Source: the human T2T-CHM13v2.0 reference genome, Homo sapiens
DNA: 64,000 nucleotides
NCBI RefSeq assembly: GCF_009914755.1
Contig: NC_060933.1
Direction: 5' to 3' (one strand)
This document shows, piece by piece, positions 44,939 to 59,778 of this stretch (the stretch's first letter is position 1; each line of letters starts with the position of its first letter). Under the pieces are notes generated by a model. It saw nothing but the letters and a program-made list of their open reading frames with translations, did no database searches and was not told the DNA's origin. A program made the translations under genes and the position numbers.

Positions 44939-45399
44939 AACCAGGTTGTTTAATCAAGTTCTTGGGCCCCAGTCTCCTCTGGTGAGCCAACATGTCAAAC
45001 CAGCTCTTGGACAAACAGGACTTCTTATCTATCCAGGTTACTATTTCCCATGAAACAGGTGATCAGAAGAAAGGTAAACTAAGGAATGTGAAGAGAATCA
45101 GGGAGTGAGGGAAAGGAAGGATGACATAAGATTTGGATGACATTATAGAGGAAGGGAGGTTGTGGTGAATATAATATTCTTGGGTACAACATGATTATAT
45201 GATTATGATTGGGGATTATAATAATATATAGAAATAACCTGATTGAGGATTCTTGGTGAGAATATGAACAAAACCCTAACAAAAAAGGCACACGTGATTG
45301 ACTGCCCAAAGAGTTCTGAACTACTTTCCATCCAACATTTGTAGTTCTTTTCTGATGAGTAGACATTACCCAAGCCAATCATACAACACTTTCTGGTGA

Positions 45400-45640
45400 A
45401 GAAGTGGTGGTTAAGAATAATGTTTTGGAGTCTGACAAGAGGTCAGAATCCTCTTGTTACTGTTACTAGTGTTAGGCAAGTTACCAAAGCTCTCTGGACA
45501 TAAATTTTCTCATCTGTCAAATGAGATATTAACAACTACAATGTAGTGGTATGAATTAAATGAGAAATGTGGTATGAAGTACTTAATACAAAGATTGGCA
45601 CAAAGTAAACCATCAATTCATATAAACTATTATAAATATT
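45400..45640 (+). mobile_element. MIR
   Basis: 'gtggttaaga...ttggagtctgaca...ggcaagttac...ttctcatctgtcaaatgag...gaattaaatgaga'. Confidence 0.8.
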
Positions 45641-46546
45641 ATTAAAAACAAAATACAGGTTCTACATACATGTATTGTTACAGTTCACTTTCAAGGTGAT
45701 GATACTGGCAACAAGGAGATGAAAAAGTGAGGCTCAAATAAACTTTATATGAAAGCTGCCCGAGTGCCTGGGTAATATCTGTAATATTGCTGTCTGAAGC
45801 CTAATGCTAAACACCAAGCAGTCAATAAGTCAAAGAAATACCTGATATTTAATATTTTCAATCTCCTTTGACTTATCTTCTAGTTTAGTTTCCATGGGAA
45901 TCTGTGCTTAGGGGCAACATCAAAAGCATACTGAAGAAAATCCACCTAGTTCCCAATGTGTGCCTTCCTGCTTATTAATGGAATTGTAGTTAATAGAATG
46001 GCACACACCTCTGAGATTGTCTGGTGCCCCCTGCTCTCCATGGCTTCGGACTATGTCACACTTCAAGAAATATTCTAGCGGATCTCTAACTCATAGCCCA
46101 TTTTATATCCATTATTGTCAATCTGGCTCCACATCTCCCATGCAGAAAAGGGTATGATCTTCGTGATAACTGTTTCCTTTTGCATTCAAGGATAGAATAT
46201 TTTTTATTTGTGGGTTCATACATGATTTTTCAGATGTTCGAAGTTGCTCAATCTAGCTATATCCACAGTGAGGCTAAATACCCTGGATCTCTTGGGATGG
46301 TAGTAAACGATAGTAGCAGGATGTCTAAGGAAACACCCTGAGGGAACTCAACAATTATCCTAATTGCAGTCTGAGGGTAGCTCTTTCAGTATCTAAGCTC
46401 TAAGCTCTGAAGAGACCTTCAGGTCAGGCACACCGGTTTTCAAACTGTGTTCTACAGCAATTCACGATCAGTGATGCTTCAGAGGGGAGGGAAGGCTGAA
46501 CCAGTGAGACTCTAGACACCCCCACACAATCAGAGCAACTTCTTTA

Positions 46547-46871
46547 TTGATTGATTGTTTTGTTTTTTTGCATCCCCCCCACCCCTTTTGGGAGACAAGG
46601 TCTAGTTCTGTCATCCAGGCTGGTGTGCAGTGGTGTGATCATAGCTCACTGTAATCTTTAACTCTTTGGCTCAAGGGATCTTCCCATTTCAGCCTCCCAA
46701 GTAGCTAGTACTACAGGCATGCAGAGCCACACCCTGCTAATTTTTAAATTTTTCTGTAGAGACAGTCTCGGTATGTTGCCCATGCTGGCATTGAACTCCT
46801 GGGCTCAAGTAATCCTCCTGCCTTGGTCTCCCAAACCCCTGAGATTATAGGTGTGAGCCACTGTGCCTGGC
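46547..46871 (-). mobile_element. AluJ
   Basis: Antisense J-type 'gtgatcatagctcactgta...ctcctgggctcaagtaatcctcctgcc'. Degenerate tail interrupted by a C run. Confidence 0.92.
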
Positions 46872-46979
46872 ACTTTTTATCTATTTATATGTTGGGATTC
46901 TGCTGATATTTTTCTTTTACCCACTGATATGGAACTTTTATTCTTTCCAGGCATCTAAATCCTTTCATCTGATTTATCT

Positions 46980-47385
46980 GTGTATTCATTATGACGAGAT
47001 TTAGCTACAAGTAACCAAGACACAGGCTCATGGCGAATGAACAAGATATATGTTTGTTTCTCTTTTATATAAAAATCCAGATTATGGCTAGCATAATAGT
47101 GCCAGCTATATGAGAGCAGACAGCTTATCCTTGCATCCAAGCTGGAGCTGCAGCCATCACACCCATGTTCCGAGCATGTTATTAATAGAAAGAAGGGTGC
47201 ACATCATCCTTTAAGAAGACACCCCCTCTCCTCCACAGATGTTGCATTCTGTTTACATTTCATTGACTAGTACTTAGGCAATCTTCCCTATTCTGGTGCC
47301 ACATATCCAACTAAATATTGGGAATTCTATACATCTAGAAGCAGAGGGCAGATACTAAAGGACACGATCTATCTTCTGTTGCAGT
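46980..47385 (-). mobile_element. Old MLT1-type LTR fragment
   Basis: 'ttagctacaagtaacc...aacaagatatatgtttgtttctc...ttctgtttacatttcattgactagtactt'. Confidence 0.45.
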
Positions 47386-47736
47386 CTATCTTCAGCCCAG
47401 TCAACTGGTTGAAGGCTTGGATTATCTGATTTTCTGCATAGGTCTTCCTAAAACTAGCAGATTAGAAGTGGATGTGAAGACACCTTGAAAAGTGACAGCT
47501 GAAATGGTAGTGGCTACTGAATTACATGCAGCAGCTCCCAGCCATTTAGTGGGGGTGCAAATCAATATTTACAGTGCAACACTGACCTTGGTTATGGAGG
47601 AAAGGTTAAATTATGTTTGGCACATTCTGCTTGAGGCTGAAGGGACTAATACATTACAGAAAGATTCCCATTGACATGGGTAAAAGTTTTAAAAGACATT
47701 TAAAGTTGCATGCTTTATCAACTGAGAAATCTACTT

Positions 47737-49047
<1,311 letters not shown>

Positions 49048-49542
49048 GAGAAATCTACTTGACACAGCACACCTCACTCCAGGTGGGCAGGTAATGACAG
49101 GTGTGGTCCTTCTGGGTCCCCAGTAGACTCTTTAAGGTGGGGGTGGTGGTGATAGGAAGCAGAGGGAAGGTGGCTCTCCTCTAGGTCCCTGCATCTTGAA
49201 CAGAACCTGTATCTACTGAATGAATAAATAGACAAGGTTGGGGGCTCAAGATCCAGCTCTGCCTAAGGGCCTACAAGAGGACAAGGTTCTTGTAGGAATA
49301 GGAAGCAAGATCCACCTGTGGGGAGATGGAAAAGGTATCCAGACTAGCCTTGGGCCTGGAATACACCAGGAAATGGGTTTCAAGTTATAGTCCGCCATGA
49401 AGGAAGATTCTTGAAAGTCCAAGGATCAAGCTTTCTAACTTGATTTTGTTTTCAAGTGCTTTTTTTAATTTATATTTCATTCATTGTTAGGGTATTTTTA
49501 CTGCATTTTATAACTGTCTCAAAGTATCTTCAAAAATTAGTC

Positions 49543-49815
49543 TAAGCCAGTCACAAAAGGACAAATATTGTATGATTCCACCTATATGAGGAAGCTAGAG
49601 TAGTCAAATTCATAGAGCAAAAAGTAGAATTGGTGGTAGCCAGGGGCTGGGAAGAGAGGGAAAGGGGAAGTTGTTTAACGAGTTTGGAGTCTCAAGGTTA
49701 CAAGATGAAGAGCTCTAAGGTCAGATAGTGCAGATGGCTGCACGACAATGTGAGCTGTGCACTTAATAATGGCTAAAATGGTAAATTTTATATTACATAT
49801 ATTTACCGCAATTTT
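49543..49815 (+). mobile_element. L1MB-type 3' end with retained TSD
   Basis: 'aagccagtcacaaaaggacaaatattgtatgattccac...aaaatggtaaattttat'. TSD aaaaattagtctaa (49532-49545) / aaaaactagtctaa (49816-49829). Confidence 0.88.
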
Positions 49816-50218
49816 AAAAACTAGTCTAAATTTTAATTGCATATATTAGAGAACTGCATTTCATTCCAACTGTCAATATTTGAAAAAGTGTTTTAGTCAT
49901 TGCCTTTAACAACTTTGCAAATACTAGAAGTGGTTTTAAGCATTTCTTATTACTCATTCACAATAGTCAGTGTTCCCTCTGGGTCCTCAATGGGACTGAG
50001 GAGTTCCCACAATGTTCTAGGTGCTGTTCCTAACTGACTCACCAAACCAATTTCAAATTGTTCGGTAAAACACTCTCACATACTCCCTCCAATGCCAAAC
50101 CACTCACCAGCACATTTAAACAAGCTTGCCAAAGTTTGATAATTCAAAAATTAGTAATTCATCAACCTAGTATCTACTGAAGTAGGGATTATAGAACTTT
50201 CACCAAAATTCTCTGAAA

Positions 50219-50390
50219 CAGTGGTTCTCAAAGTGTGGCCCCTGGACCAGTAGCACCAGCAGTACCCAGGAATGTGTTGAAAGTGTGAATTCTCAGACAC
50301 TATGCAGACCTCCTGAATCACAGCCAGAGGTCTGTGTTTTCCCAAGTCTTCTAGAGGATTCCGATGCAGACTAAAGTGTGAGAACCACTA
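50219..50390. mobile_element. MER5A-type hAT-Charlie MITE
   Basis: Terminal inverted repeats 'cagtggttctcaaagt' and 'aagtgtgagaaccacta'. Confidence 0.88.
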
Positions 50391-50849
50391 CTCTAAGGAG
50401 TCTATGGCTGCCAAATGTTAAGAACCAGCACATTCGCTCGAAGGGAGAGGACGATCAGGAGGCCAAAGTAAGTTTCTTTCTGGGGCTTCATGCGTTTTTA
50501 CAAGACTGATTCAAAACAAGTCAAAGGTTCACTTTGCCCGGTAGCGTTTCTGCAAATATCTGATCTGAATACAGCCCTCATCTCACACCCAGAAACATGA
50601 CCAAAGCTGCCCACACTAACTTGCTGTTTTGTCTAAGGGGAGCAGCTGCTATACTCCCTTCTTTCTAATCTGTTGCCTCCCTGGTAATGACCAGGAAGAG
50701 AGGCTATTTCAAAACTGTGCCTCCCATAAAAATTGGGACTCCTGTTAACTCCCCTCTCTCTGCCTTCAAGGAAATGCAAAGAAGGCAGGGAGAGCATAGG
50801 CTGTGGCCAAAAACAATTTCCGCTGACTATGGTGATGGCGATTCTGCAG

Positions 50850-51560
50850 AAACAGCACCATGGTTTAGGACCAGATGACCTTACTTCAAGTCCAGCTTCT
50901 GTCTCTTAGTAGCTGTGTGACCCCGAACCTTTGCTTCCTCATCTGTAAAATGGGAGTGGTATGGTTTTTGTGAGAGTTTGAAAAGATGTAAGCAGAAGCT
51001 CTTTATGAGAAAGCAGCCCCATGGTGACAGCCCAAGTCTAGCTCAACCACTTATCAGCTATGTGTAACTTTAGGCGAGTCTCTTCGTTTTTAAAATAGGG
51101 ATGTTGGCTGGGTGTGGTGGCTCACATCTGTAACCTCAGCTTTGGGAGGGAGGTGGGTGGATCACCTGAGGTCAGGAGTTTGAGATCAGCCTGGCCAACA
51201 TGGTGAAACCCTGTCTCTACTAAAAATAGAAAAATTAGCTGAGTGTGGAGGTACACACCTGTAATCCCAGCTACTCGGGGGGCTGAGGCAGGAGAATCGT
51301 TTGGACCTGGGAGGTGGAGGTTGCAGTGAGCCAAGATGTGTCACTGCACTCCCGCCTGGGCAACAGAGAAGACTTCGTCTCAAAAAATAATAATAAATAA
51401 ATAAATAAATAAATAAATAAAATAAAATAAAAAATAAATAAAATATAAAAATAAAATAGGGATGTTAACTCATCCTCCACCTGGGAGGCTTAAATGAGAT
51501 AATATAAATAAACAGCATAACATACTTGCTAACACACAATAAAAAATTCACAAATGTTTA
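50850..51560 (+). mobile_element. MIR fragments, the second interrupted by an Alu
   Basis: 'tagctgtgtgacc...ttcctcatctgtaaaatggg', then 'cacttatcagctatgtgtaac...taaaataggg[Alu]...ttaaatgagataatata'. Confidence 0.7.
51106..51451 (+). mobile_element. AluSx-like with (AAAT)n tail
   Basis: 'ggatcacctgaggtcaggagtt'. 15-bp TSD taaaatagggatgtt at 51091-51105 and 51452-51466. Confidence 0.95.
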
Positions 51561-52719
51561 ATGGTAGTAGTAATAAAGCTTATAGCTATATAACTATCAG
51601 GTATCCCTAGTATAATTTTAGAATACAAAAAGAAAAGTTGATAATACAAGAGTATGTGCAGCAGATTCACATATTTTAATAACAAACAAGATGCAGGCTA
51701 TTGAGATCATTTGTTTATTGTGAACAAGATAGAATAATTACTTTCCAGGAAAAGTTTCAAACACAAGAAGTTAATCTATTCCAAAGCCGAAAGAGCCTTA
51801 AACTCCCTTTTTGATCAGGAGGTCAGTTTTTTATTTCTCTCAACATAGTTGAGATACAATAAAGATAATATTAATTAGTATTCATGTAATAGTAAACACT
51901 CTTTTCAAACTAATTTCATATCTATCATTTGAGAGAAAATACAAGAAAATTGCCTGAAATATAGGAAGATATATTTTTAGAAGTCTACATGAACTTGTGC
52001 TAAAGAGGATGTAAAACCATTCCCACCACCATAACCTGCCTTTGCTGACTTGAAGGACCATAAAACTACTTGTTGGCAACTATTAAGTGGGTAAATTACA
52101 TGAATTCTGACAAATCCTTGCAGATTAGTTGTCATAGTGTAGCTAAATGTTTCAAGAGATGGCATTAATCTGTTTTGACAAAGTTTGCTCTCTGCAGAGT
52201 AACAGATTCATAGGGACTTTAAACTGATTTAACAAGAGCATAGAATGAAAGAGTTGGAAAGATTGGAACCGAGACTGCCTGTGACAGAGGTATCTCCTCC
52301 ATATTTAAAAAAATGTTCAAAAAGCATCACATTGCAGTCTCCTTTGGCAGTGCTTGAATCAAACAATCTCAATAGACAGGAACTTACTTTTATTTCTGAC
52401 TCAGAAACAAAACTACTTTCCCGAAGAGAGTCTACTACATTTTCCCCTGTATTCCAACCCCTTCTAATACCAAACAATGCTCAGGCTCCATGGGCAACCT
52501 CAACTTCCTAAACTCAAAGATTTTTAACCAGATAACTACCAAGCCACACAATGAGTGACACACAGACCATGCTTTGAGAGAAACATTTACTCAGATGATT
52601 TGGTATAGAAAAACAACCATTCATTCATTCAAAAGATATATTTTTTAAGCACCAACTATGACAATGGATAAGGCATATAATTTATTAATCCCTTCTTTTT
52701 TCATGTATTCTCTTTTTGC

Positions 52720-53395
<676 letters not shown>

Positions 53396-54756
53396 CTACA
53401 TTTCACAAAATGAAAAACATTACATATTTAGAAATATAGAAATACATGCAAGAAAAAGAATATGCTTAATCTGGCAAACAAAAAAATACATACACACACA
53501 TGACCATGAAAATATGCAAAACAGAGTCAATCATCTTTCTTATCAAAAGACTTTTGGCAGCAAATCAACATGTGGAATTTTCCCCTTTCTTTCCTTCTCC
53601 TGGTCCTCTGGGAGGGTAGTAAGGATGAAACTAAATAGCTAAAGAGAAAAAGACAAGTGATGCATGGCTGGAACCAGGGGCAAACGGGACAGTTAGCTCC
53701 AGAAGAATCAAAAGGTGTCTTCTCATCTTGCATTCACATGCCTTATGCCACAAACCACCATCTGAGCCCAATCACTGGCTGAAGACCTCAGATTTAAAAC
53801 CAAAATAATAAATTTCTGACAAAGGCAAAACCGTCATCCAAAATGGCAGGTTACAACCAAAACTTCTGAGCCCCAGTCAATGATACCTTTATTTTAGGCA
53901 GAACAGGATAATGCAATTTCGCTTTGAATTTTTGGAAGAAAGAATGTGTGTAAATCTTAGAAGCTCACTGTAACAGGCTTTGCAGGCTTTGACCTCTTGG
54001 ATGTGAAATATCCTGATCAGCTCACACTTCAAAATTTTTGCTGAAGCTCAGACAATCACTGCTCCAAAGTGACCAATCCCTGCTTTTTCTGTTATAAACT
54101 TGCTATAATCCCTAAGAGAGATAGTACAAAAAGTACATGGATATTGCCATATCTTTATACATAAATACTTCCCAATTTTATAAATTCAAACATAGGTCTA
54201 CAGCTAAAAGTAAATGAAGAAAGAGAATTAGTGATTAAAGTGAATCTGTGAAACAGCTTCTTTGTTTGGCTCTAGTAGGCCATAAGGCCAAAGTGTTTTG
54301 GGTAACTAGAATAACCTTATAATTTATCATCCAAATGAAATACTCTTGAGAGTGAAAGCAGGCATCATTAACAATTATGCTGAGAGAGCAGACATAAACC
54401 TGGACAGTGCCAGACAAATGGGAATAGACGGACGGTCACCCTATGAACGAACATCATGCCCTCTCTAACAGAGAACGGCCTCTTCAGTCTGCCCCAGATT
54501 CTAGAGTCTAGAGGAGAGATCAGATACTGCAATATTACATAGTAGAAAATGCTAACTATTACAAAAAGAGAATCACTTATGATTGTTGTTTAATATTCCC
54601 CGGGTAAGCTCAAGTAAGCTTGAATTCTAAAAGCTTTTTAAAAACAAATCTGGAAACGCTGTACAAAGCAGTGTATAGTGAGGACAAGTCTCAAATCAGT
54701 AAGTGTGAGTATAATAGGTCAAAAGAAGTTGTTAGACAGCGTTTGTGGGGGGGTGT

Positions 54757-55537
54757 GCACATGAGTGTGGGCACGCATGCACACACTTGAGGGTAAGTGG
54801 AGAGGCACATGAGTGTGGGCACGCATATGAGGGTAAGTGGAGAGGCACACGGGTGTGGGCACGCATGCACACACATGAGGGTAAGTGGAGAGGCACATGA
54901 GTGTGGGCACACATGCACACACATGAGGGTAAGTGGAGAGGCACATGAGTGTGGGCACACATGCACACACTTGAGGGTAAGTGGAGAGGCACATGAGTGT
55001 GGGCACACATATATGAGAGTAAGTGGAGAGGCAAATGAGTGCGGGCACACATGCACACACATGAGGGTAAGTGGAGAGGCACATGAGTGTGGGCACATGC
55101 ACACATGAGGGTAACAGGAGAGGCACACGAGTGTGGGCACACATGCACACACATGAGGGTAAGTGGAGAGGCACACGGGTGTGGGCACACACATGAGGGT
55201 AAGTGGAGAGGCACATGAGTGCGGGCACACATGCACACATGAGGGTAAGAGGAGAGGCATATGAGCATGGGCACACATGCACGCACATGAGGGTAAGTGG
55301 AGAGGCACACGAGTGTGGGCACACATGCACACACATGAGGGTAAGCGGAGAAGCACATGGGTGTGGGCACACACATGAGGGTAAGTGGAGAGGCACATGA
55401 GTGTGGGCACACATGCACACATGAGGGTAAGAGGAGAGGCATATGAGCATGGGCACACATGTACGCACATGAGGGTAAGAGGAGAGGCACACGGGTATGG
55501 GCACACATGCACACACGTGAGGGTAAGTGGAGAGGCA
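54757..55537. repeat. Minisatellite (VNTR-like) with 17 copies of the core GAGGGTAAGTGGAGAGGCA and units of 40-48 bp
   Basis: Cores start at 54789, 54829, 54877, 54925, 54973, 55015, 55063, 55107, 55155, 55195, 55241, 55289, 55337, 55377, 55423, 55471 and 55519. Confidence 0.98.
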
Positions 55538-56369
55538 TGACAAGGAAGGAAGAGGTTGGAATAATTTCATTCTTTTACAAGAATTAATGAGAAATTCTTA
55601 AACATGCCAATTCGGTTATGACTCACACAAAAACAATAGCTCACGACTACAAAACATAAAACAGAATGATTTGGGGGGTAAAAACAAGAGTTATAACCTT
55701 TCTCCTGCCCTTTAAAAATATTTTCAATAAATCAAAGCCATAACTAGTTTTTGCCAAACAGCTCATATTTATATAGAATTTTACCCCTGTAGAGAATTTT
55801 TCTCTGGAACAATGTTTCTGCACTTGAACGATGGTACTAACCTCCTTTACAGTAAAAAAAAAAATTATCTCAGGCCTCCCCAGAGCAAACTAAAAAGAAA
55901 TTATGCATAAGATTATAAATACCTTGTTTCAAGCTCTTATACAGCTATAAAATCAATATAAATTTATAACTGATAATACCAACAAACCTACAAAGCCAAT
56001 AATCTGCCATGCAACATATTGTTGAAATTAGCTTTTCACACCATAGCCTGGTTCTTCCAAGAGTGGCCTCCCTAGTCTATGGCATATCGTGTGATGACTC
56101 AATGCTCCAGCCACTCTCTTCTATTCAAACTCTACGTGCAGCTTTTATTGTCACAAATGTTAGCTTATGTTGTCATTTGGTCTTGGCTGTAAGGCATCAT
56201 TTATAATTAGATTCACCTGTGCCCTTTGAGCTGCTGACTATTAAGGGAAAGCCATTTGATGCCAGGCACTAACAGCCACATGTCACTGTAGACACTGAAA
56301 CCTCACAGCAGCATTTGTGGTCACCCAGAGAGTCCAGAACACGCTTACATTAAATTTATTTTTAAATCA

Positions 56370-56515
56370 TCAAACTGAATTTCACTAGTTACAAGTTCCA
56401 TGAGGTCACAGATGTGGGTTTGTTTTATTGACTGTGGTATTCCCAGCACTTAGCAGAGTACCTGTAAATAGTAAGCAATCAACATGTATTTATCCAATGA
56501 ATTAATGATTGAATT
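56370..56515 (+). mobile_element. L2 3' end
   Basis: 'caagttccatgagg...ttgactgtggtattcccagcacttagcagagtacctg...tatttatccaatgaattaatga'. Confidence 0.75.
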
Positions 56516-56869
56516 AATGCATGGAAAATTCTCAAAGAAAACTCATGTAAACATAAGAAACACATCCCTGGTCCCCAGTCTCCTAGAACCTGAAGGAAGA
56601 ATATAGGCAGAGTCCTGCCAACAGGCTTAACAAGTGAATATACACACAAAAAGAATCCACTCTCATACTCACTAGATTTTATACCCAAATCACTCTGAAA
56701 AGAGCACTAGTATGCAAGCAAATACTGTTCTTCCTCAAGAATATCAGTGCAGCCAAAGAGGGCTCCTTGCCCTCTGTCCATTAGCAGAGAATTGCTTTTG
56801 ATAACGAAACCCAACTATGGCAAATGGCGGTGCAATGGAGCAACAGAGAAGGTAGAGGGGCAAGAAGGG

Positions 56870-57445
<576 letters not shown>

Positions 57446-57708
57446 CTAAAAGAAGTGACACATGGCAATAAGAGGGCAAGAAAGCAGGTAATAAAAAGGC
57501 AGATGAAGACATTTCCTGTCCTGCAGGTAACTGGATACATTAAAAAATACAATCATATTGTCCCATTTATTTCTAAGAGATACAGCAGAAGTTCTTTTAA
57601 AGAAACCCCCATAATTCTGGCCAGAATTGTATTTGCTTCACAAATGAGAAGTTCAGCCTTTAGTTTGTCTGTTATTATCTCTTTGGGTTGAAAGAAGAGA
57701 AGCAGCAG

Positions 57709-58071
57709 TGTATTCGTTTGTTCTCACACTGCCAATAAAGACATACCCAAGACTGGGTAATATATAAAGGAAAGAGGTTTAATTGACTCTCAGCTCACAT
57801 GGCTGAGAAGGCCTCACGGTCATGGCAGAAGATGAAGGAAGAGCAAAGGGATGTCTTACATGGTGGCAGGCAAGAGAGCTTGTGCAGGGAAACTCCCTTT
57901 TATCAAACCGTCAGATCTTGTGAGACTTATTCACTATCATGAGAACAGCATGGGAAGGACCCGCCCCCATGATTCAATTACCTCCCACCAGGTCCCTCCC
58001 ATGACACATGGGAATTATGCGAACTACAATTCAATACGAGATTTGGGCGGGGACACAGACAAACCATATCA
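57709..58071 (-). mobile_element. Complete solo THE1C-like MaLR LTR
   Basis: Runs from 'tgtattcgtttgttctcac' to 'aaaccatatca'. 5-bp TSD agcag at 57704-57708 and 58072-58076. Confidence 0.95.
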
Positions 58072-58359
58072 AGCAGCATCTACCATTACTGCTAGGACTG
58101 GCAGATTAGCACATTTACAGTTTTTTTAATTCAAGCTTCCTCTAACTTTCAAAGCTAAGCTTTACCCTATGCACTTTGAATAACACGCTGTAGTACTCAT
58201 TCATAAATAAAACCACATATTTTCTTACATTTTTCCCAAATACTTTGTATTAACTTTTGACTTACTAAAGTAAAATATTAATGGGCAAAAACCAGTCCGT
58301 TTGGGCCAATAAATGGCTGATGGGAGGTAAGACTAACTAGTGTTTAGATCCAGCTGTGG

Positions 58360-58575
58360 CTCCAGAGTCAGATTACTTGGGCTGGAATCTCAGGGTTGTC
58401 TTACTGGCTGTTTGATAGGTTTCTTAGGTTGGTTAAGCCTTAGTTTCCTTATCTATAAAATGGGAGATATTACCAGTACCTCTCTCAGAGGGTCTTTGTG
58501 AAATCATGCATGTAAAGCACTTAGCTCAGTGCCTGTCACATAATAACAGCAAAATAAATGCCAGTTATTATTATT
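58360..58575 (+). mobile_element. MIR
   Basis: 'agagtcaga...agtttccttatctataaaatgggagatattaccagtacct...gcatgtaaagcacttagctcagtgcctg'. Confidence 0.85.
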
Positions 58576-59778
58576 AGATTATGCCTAGAAAATATTAGCG
58601 CTAACAAGGTGGCACAGGATGGAAACAAGCCACATCTACTATTTTTACACTACTCTGATCACAATAGATTATCACGTTTACTTAATTGGAAGTGCATGAT
58701 ACTGTAAAATATCCTACAGCTAATTCTTTTTATATGCAGTGGTATTCCCCCAAGAACACTTAGTCCCATATTTGGCAAAGAAATCACAGAATCTTCTTAA
58801 TTACAATGATGAACACTGTTGACTGCAAACTCAGTCATAACATACAGAAGTGTTTACTAAGGTGGAAATGGCCACAGTGATAAACTAATGCACCCGTACC
58901 AGATTAGGTACATCTTAATCCATCTGGTTTACTATTTATTTGATTGAAAGGAATTTTTGAGTCTATACCATCATCAAATTACTCAAAAGGAAAGGGGGAG
59001 TAGGTGAAGCAGCAGACCTATAACGAATATTCACTGTTGTTACCCAGATATGAAAAGGCCTAAAAGGAAAATTCAAAGACAAGAATGATGGTAGACTGAG
59101 GAGGGAAGAGGGACCACTGCTTGGATAAGCCTTATTGAAGGCACTTGCTCCCAAAAAAACAGTATTTATGACATGCTACTTCAACATAAAAGAGGGCACA
59201 AAGGAACATCTGTAAATACTGTTGCCTTTAAGAGGCCCCCCTTTGAGTCCCCTTCTCCCTCGAAGTGGTGATAAAGTCTTAGAGGGTAATTATACGCAAT
59301 TATCTAAAGCAAACTGAATTAAAGGGCACCCATACTGAGAAGTTGGTTTTGGTCACATTCCTATCAAGTACACTTTCCCAACTTTGAGCCCTAATTTTCT
59401 GATGTTTCCATCAACCTCTGTCCCTCCTCTGTAGTAGGTGTGGCTTTTTTCCACCCTGTGCCGTCTTGTTAGCTTTAATATTTTCTAGACATAATCTAAT
59501 AACCATCACTGGTATTTAATTATCTCATATTATGTGTAAGTAGGTGATATCTAACATGGTACATAATCTGCTTTTAACCTAAAACATCAGTTTAACCAAT
59601 AACTGTGTGCTGTATATGTGACAGACTGGGCTAGGCACTATAATGACTACAAAACCAAATTAGATGTCAATTCTACTTATTCATTAACACGATTTTTAAA
59701 TGCTCACACTGATTCCTTCTGGGCATTGTACTTGGGAATGGGGTGGGGAGAAGATGCTAAATAAAAGAATCATAAGAT

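Noticed and set aside
45825-45876. 11-bp perfect inverted repeat ataagtcaaag / ctttgacttat
   Set aside because: About one such match is expected by chance in 64 kb of AT-rich DNA with a 30-nt spacer.
52206-52223. IHRDFK, resembling a kinase catalytic loop
   Set aside because: It is flanked by in-frame stops, and no conserved Asn, DFG or other kinase motif is visible nearby.
54757-55537. CRISPR-like look (constant core plus variable spacer)
   Set aside because: The spacers are variants of one another rather than unique, there are no cas genes, and the context is primate.
54691-55570. Three Cys/His-rich ORFs of 268-283 aa on the - strand, superficially like zinc-finger or metallothionein proteins
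   Set aside because: They are the three frames of the minisatellite, which lacks stops on that strand. The same peptides rotate among frames as unit length changes, and there is no C2H2 spacing or TGEKP linker.
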